DNA of 64,000 nucleotides, from assembly GCA_964629015.1 (NCBI GenBank), contig CAZVMN010000007.1, positions 86,590-150,589 on the forward strand. The letters run 5' to 3'. The stretch is from an uncultured Oceanococcus sp. (lineage in GTDB: Bacteria; Pseudomonadota; Gammaproteobacteria; Nevskiales; Oceanococcaceae). The position numbers were made by a program, and so were the translations under genes. Shown piece by piece: positions 46,333 through 56,173 of the stretch (position 1 is the first letter of the stretch; the number at the start of each line of letters is the position of its first letter). The notes beneath the pieces are model-generated. The model was given only the letters and a program-made list of their open reading frames with translations, did no database searches and was not told the origin of the DNA.

Positions 46333-48858
46333 ATGCGTTTGATTTTTCTATTGCTGCCACTGGCGCTCTGGGCAACGGCGTCCAGCGCCCAAGATGATGA
46401 TCTGGACTTTCTGTTTTCCGATACCGAGATCACGCCCACACCTCGCCCCTCGCCATCGCCTTCCGAGGCAAGCTCAATAACGACCGACGATGAGCCGGTC
46501 ACAACCATCCCGGTCAGCGAATTGCGCTCGCCGGAGCCGACGCGCGCCCCCGCACCCCCGAGCCGGGTGCTGGAGGAAATCGTGGTCACCGCGCAAAAAC
46601 GCGAACAGTCACTGCAGGACGTGCCCATTTCGGTCACCGCGGTGGACGGCTCGTTCATTGAAATGACCAACGCCGCTGACCTGGCTGATGTCTCGCTGTA
46701 TGTGCCCAATGTGCGTGTGGACGCCGATGACCTGGGTTCACCGCAACTGTTCATTCGCGGCTTTGGCACCAATGCCTTCAACCCCAGCTTCGAAAGTTCG
46801 GTCGGCTTTGTGCAAGACGAAATCTACTTCGGCCGCCCCGGCTACTTCACCGAGTCCATGTTCGATGTGGATCGGGTCGAAGTGCTGCGCGGGCCGCAGG
46901 GCACCCTGTTCGGCAAAAACACCATCGCCGGCGTGTTCAACGTCAGCACGCGCAATCCCAGCGAGCTGTTTGAAGCGGATACGCGTTACACCTATGGCAG
47001 CAACAATGCGCACCGCCTGGAGTTTGGCGTCGGCGGCATGTTTGCGGATTGGGGCGGCGTGCGCATTTCCGGTCTCTATCGCGACGAAGACGGCGAGTTG
47101 TACAACCAATTCCTGGATCGTGACGAAGAGGAACTGACCCAGCAAGCCGGGCGCATCAAGCTGATGCTCCTACCCAGCGACACCCTGAGCGTCAACCTCA
47201 CCGCGCAGATTTCCGACACCGAAGCCGCATTCTGGCCCTATCAGCTGATGGAGTTGGATTCCGGCAGCTTCAACTTCCTGCGCAGCTACGACCCGGACGT
47301 CGAAGACGATCCCTACGATTTCCGCAACTCGGCCGACACCCCCGGCTTCATCGAAAAAGGCTCGGAAACCGTCTCGGCAATCACCCAATGGGACGTGGGC
47401 GATCTGTGGGGTTTGCAGGACAGCGCCTTCACATTGGTGCTGGCCGGCTCGAAATTCCATATCGATCAGCTCAACGAATTGGACGTCTCCCCAGCCGACA
47501 TTGGCCGACTGGAGAATTACGAAGACCATGAGCAACTGTCCGGCGAACTGCGTTTCTCCGCCCGCGCCGATAGCCTGTTTGGCTTTGGTGGCGATGTCGA
47601 TCTGGTTGCCGGTGCATTCTGGTACGACTCGCAGTACACCTTGCTCGCGCGTATCCACGCCGGCTCCGACATCGGCTCCTTTGTCCTCACCGAAGACGCC
47701 TTGCAACTGGTCAGCGGCTCGGGCGGCTTCGGCCTGATTGGCGGCCTGCCCGGCATTCCACTGCTCGGTAACATTCTCGGCCCAATCATCGGCGAGGATT
47801 TCTACCAGCTGGATTATGACCAGGCGGTGACCTCGCTGGCGTTCTTCGGGCAGATGACCTGGTATCTGACCGAGCGCATTGCGCTCACGCCGGGGGTACG
47901 TATCAACACCGAGGATAAAACTATTGACTCCGCGGGTTCACGAAGCTGCACCCTGGATCAACTGGGTCTGCCGGTCTGCGTGATGGCCACGCTCCTGGAA
48001 GCCGAGAATTACGAGCGCAACGGTCTCAAACGTAGCGAGTCGGATGTTTCTCCCAAATTCGTCATCCAGTACTTTGGCGACAACGACATCAACTGGTTTG
48101 CCTCCTACGCGCGCGGTTACAAAAGCGGCGGGTTCAACTCCCTGTCCTACACCGGTGAAGATCTGGAGTTCGAGCCAGAGAAAGCCGAAACCTTTGAGTT
48201 GGGCGTCAAAGCCACCTTGTTTGATCGCACCCTGCGCCTCAACGCCACGCTGTACGACACGCGTTTCGACAATCTTCAGGTTTTGGCTTTCAACAGCGTG
48301 TTTTTCGATGTCGGCAACGCGGCGTCCGCCCGCTCACGCGGCCTGGAAGCCGATTTCATGTGGTTCACCCCGTTCGAGCCGCTGCAAATCATGGGCTCGA
48401 TCGGCTTGCTCGAAGCCAAATACGACAGCTACGACGGCGCCCCCGCCCCGATTCGCGACAGCAACGGTGATCTGCAGATCGACGCCACCCAGGACCTCAG
48501 TGGCCAGCGCATTGCTTTTGCGCCTCGTACCACGGCAACTCTCACGCCGATGCTGACCTTCCCGCTGTTTGGCCTGACCGGTCGTTTCGCGGTGGATGTT
48601 CTGCATCAAGGTGATCAATTCACCGACACCGACCTTGACCCCAACAGTCACGTGGATGCGTACACGCTGTACGCCGCGCGCGTGTCGATTTCCAACTACA
48701 CAGAGAGCTGGTCAGTCACCTTGGGGGGCAGCAACCTGACCGACAAACGTGTTCTCAATCAGGTCACCGACGCAACCTTCTTCCCCGGCAGCTACTTTGC
48801 CCAGCAGGCCAGCGGACGTCAGTTGTTTGCGACCTTCAATTTGCGCTTCGGCGATTGA
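46333..48858 (+). CDS. TonB-dependent receptor
   Basis: Signal peptide MRLIFLLLPLALWATASSA, a Pro/Ser/Thr-rich linker, plug motifs (EEIVVTAQKREQSLQDVPISVTAV, VEVLRGPQGTLFGKNT) and a long beta-barrel. Start trimmed from the ORF-track 46267. Confidence 0.9.
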   Translation: MRLIFLLLPLALWATASSAQDDDLDFLFSDTEITPTPRPSPSPSEASSITTDDEPVTTIPVSELRSPEPTRAPAPPSRVLEEIVVTAQKREQSLQDVPISVTAVDGSFIEMTNAADLADVSLYVPNVRVDADDLGSPQLFIRGFGTNAFNPSFESSVGFVQDEIYFGRPGYFTESMFDVDRVEVLRGPQGTLFGKNTIAGVFNVSTRNPSELFEADTRYTYGSNNAHRLEFGVGGMFADWGGVRISGLYRDEDGELYNQFLDRDEEELTQQAGRIKLMLLPSDTLSVNLTAQISDTEAAFWPYQLMELDSGSFNFLRSYDPDVEDDPYDFRNSADTPGFIEKGSETVSAITQWDVGDLWGLQDSAFTLVLAGSKFHIDQLNELDVSPADIGRLENYEDHEQLSGELRFSARADSLFGFGGDVDLVAGAFWYDSQYTLLARIHAGSDIGSFVLTEDALQLVSGSGGFGLIGGLPGIPLLGNILGPIIGEDFYQLDYDQAVTSLAFFGQMTWYLTERIALTPGVRINTEDKTIDSAGSRSCTLDQLGLPVCVMATLLEAENYERNGLKRSESDVSPKFVIQYFGDNDINWFASYARGYKSGGFNSLSYTGEDLEFEPEKAETFELGVKATLFDRTLRLNATLYDTRFDNLQVLAFNSVFFDVGNAASARSRGLEADFMWFTPFEPLQIMGSIGLLEAKYDSYDGAPAPIRDSNGDLQIDATQDLSGQRIAFAPRTTATLTPMLTFPLFGLTGRFAVDVLHQGDQFTDTDLDPNSHVDAYTLYAARVSISNYTESWSVTLGGSNLTDKRVLNQVTDATFFPGSYFAQQASGRQLFATFNLRFGD

Positions 48859-48957
48859 GCACTATGGATTCGTAAATTCAGCTACAGCCCGGGACAGTCC
48901 TGGGGCCCCGGCTTAAGATGAGCGCACCAAATATTCCTAAAACAACTGGGGGAACAC

Positions 48958-51405
48958 ATGCGCGGCATACTCAGCCTCGTTCTGCTTGTCGTCTTGAGCG
49001 CGTGTCAAAGTGGCGGGCGCGATTCAGTCAATTCGCTGCCATCATCCAATGACGCGCTGTCGGCTGAACTGCGTCGCAGCGACTACGGCATTGTTCACGT
49101 CAAAGCCGATGACTTCGCCAGCCTCGGTTATGGCTACGCTTATGCCTTCGCCGAAGACAACCTGTGCCTGATTGCCGACAGCTACGTCACAGTCAATGGT
49201 GAACGCAGCAAGTATTTTGGCCCGGACAACAGCTGGACCTTCACCGGCAACAGCACCACCAACAACAATCTGAATTCGGATTTCTTCTTCAAGCTGATCA
49301 TCGCCGAACAGCGCATCGAAAAGCTGCTCGACTTGCCGCCGCCGCAGGGCCCATTGCCGCAAGTGCGAGAGCTGGTGCGTGGCTATGTGGCCGGCTACAA
49401 CCGCTACCTACAGGATACCGGCGTTGACAATCTGCCGGACCCGACCTGCCGCGGTGAACCCTGGGTCCGGGAAATTCGCGAGATTGACGTCTACCGGCGT
49501 TTCTATCAGCTCGCCATGCTGGCGTCGTCGGGCGTCGCCATCAATGGCATCGGCAGCGCCCAACCCCCGACCGCCGGACTGATCCCCAGTGTGCTGCCCT
49601 CGGCTGAGGACATCGCCGCACAACTCGGCGCGCGCTGGGAAGGCATCCAGATTGGCAGCAATGCCATCGCCCTTGGCAGCGAGGCGACCGACACCGGCGG
49701 TGGCATGATTTTGGGCAACCCACATTTCCCCTGGGACGGCACAGAGCGCTTTCATCAGGCCCATCTCACGATCCCGGGCAAGCTGGATGTCACCGGTGTA
49801 AGCCTGTTCGGCGTGCCATTGATCTTGATCGGCTACAACAAAGACCTAGCCTGGAGCCACACGGTGTCCAGCGCCTGGCGTTTCACCCCATACCAGTTGA
49901 CCCTGGTCCCCGGCGCACCAACCACCTATCTGGTTGATGGCGTTCCGGAAGCCATGACGCCGTGGGATCTGGAGGTGGAAAGCCTGCAAAGCGACGGCAG
50001 CGTCACGAACGTCTCACGCACGCTGTACACCACCCGTTGGGGACCGGTTTTCAACGAAATCCTTGGCTTGCCGCTGTTCCCATGGCTGCCGGTTCAGGCC
50101 TACGCGCTGGCCGATGCCAACGCCGCGAACTTCCGCTACGTGAATCATTTCCTGGAAACCAACCAGGCGAGTTCCAGCCGCGAGTTGCTGGAGATCCTCA
50201 AGCGCAACCAGGGCATACCGTGGGTGAATACCTTGGCCAGCGACCGCCACGGCGAAGCGCTCTACGCGGATATTTCCGTCACGCCGAACGTCCCCGATGA
50301 CATGGCCCTGAGCTGCGCGGGTGTGCTCGGACTGGTAACCCACCCCTTGCTCGGCTTACCCGTGCTCGACGGTTCGCGCAGCAGCTGTGCGTGGCGCAAT
50401 GATGAGGATGCGATCCAAGCCGGCACGCTGGGGCCATCGAACATGCCGTATCTGCTGCGCAACGATTACGTCACCAATTCCAACGACAGCCATTGGCTGT
50501 CCAGCCCACAGCAGCCACTGGAAGGTTTCGCCCGCATCATTGGCGACGAACAACGTGCGCGACGCATGCGCACCCGCTCCGGCTTGGTCATGCTGGAGGA
50601 GCATCTTTATGGCGACAACGGCCACACGTTCAGTCGTCAGCAGATGCAGGATTTGTTGTACAACGACCGTCAGCACGCCGCCCATCTGTGGATTGATGAC
50701 CTGATCCCGTTCTGCCGCCTGCTCCCCATTATGGTCGGGCTAGGTGGACCGGTGACCACCGGCGAGGCCTGCGATGTGCTGGAGGCCTGGGACCGCAGCG
50801 ATCGCCTCGACAGTGCGGGCGCCGTGCTGTTCCGACGCTTCGCCGAGAACCTCTACATCGCCAACATTCCCTCGGGCACCTCGGCATCGCAGCTCGAATT
50901 CCTGGATGTCTGGACCCAGCCCTTTGATGTCAACGACCCGGTCCACACGCCGAGTGGTCTGAATGTGCTCAACCCGCACGTGGAGCTTGCTCTGGCCAGC
51001 GCCATCAGTGACCTCAACGGTGCGGGCATGCCACTCGATGCGACCCTGCGACAAGCCCAGACAGAGCGGCGCGGTGAGGAGAAAATCCCCATTCATGGCG
51101 GCCCTGGCGCCATGGGCGTCTTCAATGCGATCACCAACCCGTGGGTGGACGGTGAGGGCTATATCGACGTCGTGCATGGCTCCAGTTTTATTCAGGTGGT
51201 CAGCTTTGACGGCGACGACTGTCCCGATGCGCGCACCATCCTGACGTACTCGCAGAGCTCCGACCCAAGCTCCCCGCACTTCGCGGATCAGACACGCCTT
51301 TACTCAGAAAGTGGTTGGGTCGAGGCCCAGTTCTGTGAGAGCGAGATCCGTGGCAGGGTTACGCACAGCAAGACCTTGAGTGAAGGCACAGCGAGCCTGA
51401 ACTAA
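48958..51405 (+). CDS. lipoprotein Ntn-hydrolase of the penicillin/acyl-homoserine-lactone acylase family (S45; PvdQ/QuiP-like)
   Basis: Lipobox VLSAC. An IGSNAIALG motif provides the autoproteolytic Gly-Ser site with an N-terminal nucleophile Ser. NPHFPW motif. 815 aa. Confidence 0.85.
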   Translation: MRGILSLVLLVVLSACQSGGRDSVNSLPSSNDALSAELRRSDYGIVHVKADDFASLGYGYAYAFAEDNLCLIADSYVTVNGERSKYFGPDNSWTFTGNSTTNNNLNSDFFFKLIIAEQRIEKLLDLPPPQGPLPQVRELVRGYVAGYNRYLQDTGVDNLPDPTCRGEPWVREIREIDVYRRFYQLAMLASSGVAINGIGSAQPPTAGLIPSVLPSAEDIAAQLGARWEGIQIGSNAIALGSEATDTGGGMILGNPHFPWDGTERFHQAHLTIPGKLDVTGVSLFGVPLILIGYNKDLAWSHTVSSAWRFTPYQLTLVPGAPTTYLVDGVPEAMTPWDLEVESLQSDGSVTNVSRTLYTTRWGPVFNEILGLPLFPWLPVQAYALADANAANFRYVNHFLETNQASSSRELLEILKRNQGIPWVNTLASDRHGEALYADISVTPNVPDDMALSCAGVLGLVTHPLLGLPVLDGSRSSCAWRNDEDAIQAGTLGPSNMPYLLRNDYVTNSNDSHWLSSPQQPLEGFARIIGDEQRARRMRTRSGLVMLEEHLYGDNGHTFSRQQMQDLLYNDRQHAAHLWIDDLIPFCRLLPIMVGLGGPVTTGEACDVLEAWDRSDRLDSAGAVLFRRFAENLYIANIPSGTSASQLEFLDVWTQPFDVNDPVHTPSGLNVLNPHVELALASAISDLNGAGMPLDATLRQAQTERRGEEKIPIHGGPGAMGVFNAITNPWVDGEGYIDVVHGSSFIQVVSFDGDDCPDARTILTYSQSSDPSSPHFADQTRLYSESGWVEAQFCESEIRGRVTHSKTLSEGTASLN

Positions 51406-51426
51406 GCCAGAGTGTGGCGTAGCAAC

Positions 51427-51457
51427 GGGTGGTGCCGTGACATACACGGCGCCACCC
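51427..51457. terminator. bidirectional hairpin between convergent acylase and gcvPB genes
   Basis: gggtggtgccgtg-acata-cacggcgccaccc (one G-U pair). A second short cccgag...ctcggg stem follows. Confidence 0.55.
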
Positions 51458-51479
51458 GAGCTCTTTCACCTCGGGCGAC

Positions 51480-52934
51480 TTAGCCCTGCCAGCGCAAATC
51501 CAGCTGCCGCGCCGCGCGCACGTCATCCAGGCGCCGCACCGGCTGGGTATAGGGCGCACCCTTGACCTTGTCGATGTCGGCCTTGGCCTCGTCCCAGATC
51601 GCGACCATGGCATCGACGAAAGCATCCAGTGTGGCCTGATCTTCCGACTCAGTCGGCTCGATCAGCAGGCATTCGGGTACCAGCAGCGGAAAGTAGATGG
51701 TTGGGGCGTGATAGCCGTAATCGAGCAGACGCTTGGCCATATCGGTGGCGGTGAACTCGAGTTCCTGCTTCTGCTTTTTGAGCGTCACGATGAACTCGTG
51801 GGTCGCTCGGCGTCCGTCAAAGGCCAGATCGAAACCTTTGTCTTTCAGGCGCGCCATCAGGTAATTGGCATTCAGGGTGGCGAACTCGGCCACCCGGGTC
51901 ATGCCATCCGGCCCCAGCATCAACGCATAGACATAGGCCCGCAGCAGTACCCCGGCGTTGCCCATGAAGGCAGACAGTCGCCCGATGCTTTGTGGCAGAT
52001 CGTTTTCATCCAGCCAGCGGTACTGATCGCCATCTTTGCCCACCACCGGAATCGGCATGAATGGGCGCAGGCGCTCGGACACACCGACCGCACCAGAGCC
52101 CGGCCCGCCGCCGCCATGCGGGGTGGAGAAGGTTTTGTGCAGGTTCATGTGGATGACATCAAAACCCATATCGCCCGGACGCACCTTGCCGAGAATCGCG
52201 TTGAGATTGGCGCCGTCGTAGTACAGCAGGCCGCCCGCCTCGTGAACCTTCTTGGCGATGATTTCGATCTTGCGTTCGAACACGCCCAGAGTCGACGGAT
52301 TGGTCAGCATGATGCCAGCGGTCTTTGGACCCAATGCCGCTTCCAGAGCTTCGAGATCCACGTCGCCGTTCTTGTCGGTGGGGATCTCGCGCACCGTGCA
52401 GCCACACTGGATCGCGGTGGCCGGATTGGTGCCATGGGCGGCATCCGGCACCAGAATCTCGGTGCGCTCGGTATCACCGCGCGACAGGTGGTAGGCGCGG
52501 ATCATGGCGACGCCAGCGAACTCCCCCTGAGCGCCGGCCATCGGGGTCAGCGACACGCCTTTCATGCCGGTGACTGATTTGAGAATCTCTTGCAAATCGT
52601 ACATACAGGCCAGATAGCCCTGACTGTGATCCGGCGTGGCGAGCGGATGGCGGGCCAGAAACTCCGGCAACATGGCCAGGGTGTTGCAGGCCCGCGGGTT
52701 GTATTTCATCGTGCAGCTACCCAGTGGGTAGAAATGCGTGTCGATGGAGAAGTTCTTCTGCGACAGGCGGGTGTAATGACGCACCACCTGCATCTCCGAG
52801 ACTTCCGGCAGACCGGGAGTGTCCTGACGCAGGAATTCTGCCGGAATGGCGGTTGGCGCAGCCGCCTCCACGGGCGCCTGAGCAGCGGCACGGCGGCCCG
52901 GCGAGGACAGTTCAAAAATCAGCGCTTCGCTCAT
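51480..52934 (-). CDS. gcvPB: glycine dehydrogenase (aminomethyl-transferring) subunit 2
   Basis: PLP-binding region [16 protein letters not shown]. Start trimmed to [10 protein letters not shown] at 52934, 2 nt after the gcvPA stop (the ORF track extends to 53012). Confidence 0.95.
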   Translation of the reverse strand: MSEALIFELSSPGRRAAAQAPVEAAAPTAIPAEFLRQDTPGLPEVSEMQVVRHYTRLSQKNFSIDTHFYPLGSCTMKYNPRACNTLAMLPEFLARHPLATPDHSQGYLACMYDLQEILKSVTGMKGVSLTPMAGAQGEFAGVAMIRAYHLSRGDTERTEILVPDAAHGTNPATAIQCGCTVREIPTDKNGDVDLEALEAALGPKTAGIMLTNPSTLGVFERKIEIIAKKVHEAGGLLYYDGANLNAILGKVRPGDMGFDVIHMNLHKTFSTPHGGGGPGSGAVGVSERLRPFMPIPVVGKDGDQYRWLDENDLPQSIGRLSAFMGNAGVLLRAYVYALMLGPDGMTRVAEFATLNANYLMARLKDKGFDLAFDGRRATHEFIVTLKKQKQELEFTATDMAKRLLDYGYHAPTIYFPLLVPECLLIEPTESEDQATLDAFVDAMVAIWDEAKADIDKVKGAPYTQPVRRLDDVRAARQLDLRWQG

Positions 52935-52936
52935 GA

Positions 52937-54298
52937 TCAGGCTCCCAGTGCAGCTTTGAGTTCGTCGACATAGCGGGTGATGTCGGCGTCGCTCTTGGTT
53001 TCGGTCACGCACACCAGCAGGGCATTGCCCAGCGTCGGGTAATGCGCGTGCAGATCCAGACCGGCGAGGATGTCGCGCTTGGACAGCGCATCAATCACCT
53101 CGGCGGCCGGCTTGGGCAGACGAATCACCGCCTCATGGAAACCGGCGCCAGTGAACACCGCGTCAACGCCGTCAATGGTGCACAGCGCATCAACCAGCTT
53201 GCGCGTGTTGTGCCAGCAGGCCGAAGCCACGCGACGCAAACCCTCGGCGCCGAGCAAGGACATATGGATTGTCGATGCCGTGACCACCAAGCCCTGGTTG
53301 GTGCAGATGTTGGACGTCGCTTTGGCGCGGCGAATGTGCTGCTCGCGCGCCTGCAGGGTCAGGGTGTAACCGACCTTGCCTTCCAGATCGACGGTGCGCC
53401 CGACAATGCGCCCCGGCATCTGTCGCACATGCTGTTGTTTGCAGCACATAAAGCCGTAGTACGGCCCACCAGAGGACAGCGGTGCGCCCAGCGGTTGGCC
53501 GTCACCACAGACAATGTCCGCGCCCTGTGTACCCCATTGGCCCGGCGCCTTCAGCAGAGCCAGCGCCACCGGGTTGACCACGCCAATAACCAGCGCGCCC
53601 TGGGCATGCGCCCAATCGGTGAGTTGATCCACCGCTTCCAGCTGCCCGAAGAAGTTGGGCTGCGGAATCACCAGCGAGGAAATCGCCTGACCTTCGTAGG
53701 CTTTGAGGCTGTCGAGCAGCGTGGTGCCGGTGCTGTCATCAAACTCGATGCTGATGAACTCAAAACCCTGGGCGTCACAGATCGCCTTGGCGCAGGCCCG
53801 GTAGTAGGGATGCACCGAGGCCGGCATCAGCACCCGATGTTCCTTGACCTTACGGTTGGCCCGCGCCGCCATCAGCACGGCTTCAGCCAGACCGGTGGCA
53901 CCGTCGTACAGCGAAGCATTGGACACGTCCATGCCGGTCAGGCTGCACATCATGGTCTGATACTCGTAGATCAGTTGCAGCGTGCCCTGGCTGGCTTCGG
54001 CCTGATACGGCGTGTAAGCCGAATAAAACTCACCGCGAGTGGCGATCTGCCACACCGCTGCCGGGATGTGGTGTTCGTAGGCGCCCGCGCCGATGAAACA
54101 CAGCGGTTGACCGTCGGTCTCTGCGCGCTCGTGCATCAGGCGCGAGACTTCCATCTCGGAGCGACGCGCCGGAATGTTGTCGAAGGATTTGACCTTGAGA
54201 TTCTCGGGAATCTCGTCAAACAGGTCTTCGATGCTGTTGGCACCGATCGCGGCCAGCATGCGGCTGACCTCGGCTTCCGTGTGCGGAATGAAAGGCAT
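52937..54298 (-). CDS. gcvPA: glycine dehydrogenase (aminomethyl-transferring) subunit 1
   Basis: [16 protein letters not shown]-terminus and [14 protein letters not shown] motif. 453 aa, split-type P protein. Confidence 0.95.
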   Translation of the reverse strand: MPFIPHTEAEVSRMLAAIGANSIEDLFDEIPENLKVKSFDNIPARRSEMEVSRLMHERAETDGQPLCFIGAGAYEHHIPAAVWQIATRGEFYSAYTPYQAEASQGTLQLIYEYQTMMCSLTGMDVSNASLYDGATGLAEAVLMAARANRKVKEHRVLMPASVHPYYRACAKAICDAQGFEFISIEFDDSTGTTLLDSLKAYEGQAISSLVIPQPNFFGQLEAVDQLTDWAHAQGALVIGVVNPVALALLKAPGQWGTQGADIVCGDGQPLGAPLSSGGPYYGFMCCKQQHVRQMPGRIVGRTVDLEGKVGYTLTLQAREQHIRRAKATSNICTNQGLVVTASTIHMSLLGAEGLRRVASACWHNTRKLVDALCTIDGVDAVFTGAGFHEAVIRLPKPAAEVIDALSKRDILAGLDLHAHYPTLGNALLVCVTETKSDADITRYVDELKAALGA

Positions 54299-54351
54299 AT
54301 CTGCGTCTCGCTAAAACCGGCCCCGAATCCAGACGAACTGGGGCGGTGAAA

Positions 54352-54744
54352 TTACTGTTCGGACTTGAGGAAGTCGGCGTAGCCGTCGGCGCTCATCAGG
54401 CCATCCAGCTCACCGGCATCGGCGGGCTGCAATTTGAAAATCCAGCCTTCGCCGTAAGGGTCATCGTTGAGCGTTTCCGGCGCATCGGCCAGGACGTCAT
54501 TGCCGCCGATCACGTCACCAGCCACCGGTGCGTAGACATCCGAGGCAGCCTTGACCGACTCAACCACAGCGGCGGCATCACCCGTGCCAAAGCTTTGGCC
54601 CGCTTCCGGGGTTTCCACAAACACCAGATCGCCCAGGGCCTCCTGCGCATGGTCGGTGATGCCGATGGTCAGACTGCCGTCGGCCTCGACGCGAATCCAT
54701 TCATGGGATTTGGTGTACTTCAGTTCTGCGGGAATCTGGCTCAT
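54352..54744 (-). CDS. gcvH: glycine cleavage system H protein
   Basis: YTKSHEWI and the lipoyl-Lys motif [12 protein letters not shown]. 130 aa. Confidence 0.95.
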   Translation of the reverse strand: MSQIPAELKYTKSHEWIRVEADGSLTIGITDHAQEALGDLVFVETPEAGQSFGTGDAAAVVESVKAASDVYAPVAGDVIGGNDVLADAPETLNDDPYGEGWIFKLQPADAGELDGLMSADGYADFLKSEQ

Positions 54745-55850
54745 GACGAGGCCTCCGGTAGATCAATCAGGATTTTTCCATTGCGCACGAACGGGGCTTT
54801 GACCACCCGCGCCGGCACGTTCTTGTTGCGAATCTGAATCTCGACCCGGTCGAAATCGCCCCGGGGAATGCGCGCCAGCGCGATCGACACACCGGCAGTG
54901 GGTGAGAAACCACCGCTGGTCACCTCGCCTTGCCCGGCGGGGGTGTCCACCAGCTGATGCGCGCGCATGATGCCGCGCCCTTCCAGCACCAGACCGACAA
55001 AGCGCGGGAGCTGGCCCGCGACTTTTTGTTCTTCAAGTGCCTTGCGCCCCACGAAATCGCGCGTGCCGGGCTCCCAGGCCACCGTCCAGCCCAACCCGGC
55101 TTGCAGCGGCGTGATGTCTTCGTCCATGTCCTGGCCGTACAGGTTCATGCCGGCTTCCATGCGCAGCGTGTCGCGCGCGCCCAGCCCGCAAGGCGCGACG
55201 CCAGCAGCAAGCAGCGCATCCCACAGGGCCGGCAGTTCGGCGACCGGCAATATGCATTCAAAACCGTCTTCGCCGGTGTAACCCGTGCGCCCGATCAGAC
55301 CGTCGGCGTCCCCCACGCACTGGAACACACCCAGTTCGGACGCTTTGGCGCGATACGCGCTGGGCAGCAACGGCAATGCTTTTTCACGCGCCTTGGGGCC
55401 TTGCACCGCGACGATGCCCAGATCGCGCCGCACTTTGATGTCGACATCGAAGTCCTGGCTGCGCGCCTGCATCCAGGCGACGTCTTTGTCGGCCGTGCCC
55501 GCATTGACCACCACGCGGTACACCCCGTCCAACACGTACACGATGAGATCGTCGACCACCCCGCCCTGCTCATTCAGCATGCATGAGTAGATCGCTTTGC
55601 CGGGCGCGACGCGGGCGACATCATTGGCCAGAAGGTACTGAAGAAAAGCTTGCGCCTGGTCGCCGGACACATCGACCGCGCACATGTGCGAGACATCGAA
55701 CATGCCGGCATCACGACGCACCGCATGGTGCTCTTCGACCTGCGAGCCATAATGCAAGGGCATGTCCCAGCCGGCGAAATCGACGATCTTGGCGCCAGCC
55801 TGCTGGTGTTTTTGGTAAAGAGGCGTTGTCTGAGCCACGGCGTATCTCAC
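54741..55850 (-). CDS. gcvT: glycine cleavage system aminomethyltransferase T
   Basis: [19 protein letters not shown] and [11 protein letters not shown] motifs. The start codon appears to be GTG. Confidence 0.95.
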   Translation of the reverse strand: MRYAVAQTTPLYQKHQQAGAKIVDFAGWDMPLHYGSQVEEHHAVRRDAGMFDVSHMCAVDVSGDQAQAFLQYLLANDVARVAPGKAIYSCMLNEQGGVVDDLIVYVLDGVYRVVVNAGTADKDVAWMQARSQDFDVDIKVRRDLGIVAVQGPKAREKALPLLPSAYRAKASELGVFQCVGDADGLIGRTGYTGEDGFECILPVAELPALWDALLAAGVAPCGLGARDTLRMEAGMNLYGQDMDEDITPLQAGLGWTVAWEPGTRDFVGRKALEEQKVAGQLPRFVGLVLEGRGIMRAHQLVDTPAGQGEVTSGGFSPTAGVSIALARIPRGDFDRVEIQIRNKNVPARVVKAPFVRNGKILIDLPEASS

Positions 55851-55874
55851 CTGAATCGGTTGAATGATCGCCGC

Positions 55875-56040
55875 CCCTCTGTCCTATAACCTGAGAGTTA
55901 AGCCCCTTCGGTGGGTGATCACAGATCACCGCTCTCCAGAGTCAGCCGAATTCGCGCACGCGGTCCATGGGCCTGAGCGATTCCGGGCGGATTTGCGCCT
56001 TCGGCGGCAGCGCCATCCGGCCCTGCTCTCTCCCACGTTT
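55875..56040 (-). promoter_or_regulatory. tandem glycine riboswitch in the gcvT leader
   Basis: The minus strand reads two aptamers. Aptamer 1: GGGAGAGAGCAGG...CGCCGAAGGCGCAA...CUCAGGC...GGAC. Aptamer 2: CUGGAGAGCGG...CACCGAAGGGGCUUAACUCUCAGGUUAUAGGAC. Both match the GGAGAG / CACCGAAGGGGCAA / CUCAGGCAAAAGGAC consensus. The element ends about 30 nt before the gcvT start. Confidence 0.85.
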
Positions 56041-56089
56041 GCGACGATCAGGTGGTGACCCGACCGAGCTGAGAGGCGAAGTATAGCCT

Positions 56090-56119
56090 CTGCCCAGCGC
56101 TGCTGTCATCGCTGGGCAG
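56090..56119 (-). terminator. hairpin between the ubiH-like gene stop and the gcv promoter/riboswitch
   Basis: Perfect 10-bp stem ctgcccagcg...cgctgggcag with a 10-nt loop, about 55 nt downstream of the ubiH-like stop on the minus strand. Confidence 0.45.
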
Positions 56120-56173
56120 GCTGCGCTGACGCATGGGCAGGCCGGTGGCCACGTGATCTGGTGTGACGCGCCC

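Noticed and set aside
25847-51405. Calling the accessory stretch a mobile genomic island or prophage.
   Set aside because: No integrase, transposase, phage structural genes, tRNA attachment site or flanking direct repeats are visible in the window.
53042-54349. 435-aa plus-strand ORF antisense to gcvPA, and similar long antisense ORFs. Examples: 9848-10561, 24886-25764, 35178-35978, 36188-36997, 39208-40050, 44389-45201, 51708-52577, 56483-57199 and 62100-62894.
   Set aside because: All of them mirror strongly supported genes on the opposite strand. They have Arg/His/Gln/Gly-biased composition and carry no family motifs. I treat them as shadow ORFs.
55790-55851. Apparent 1-nt discrepancy between my hand count of bases at the gcvT 5-prime end and the ORF-track coordinates, which could have suggested a frameshift.
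   Set aside because: The ORF track gives an uninterrupted 369-aa GcvT with intact motifs throughout. The mismatch is most likely my own counting or reading slip. It is the reason I give hand-derived non-CDS coordinates a tolerance of a few nt.
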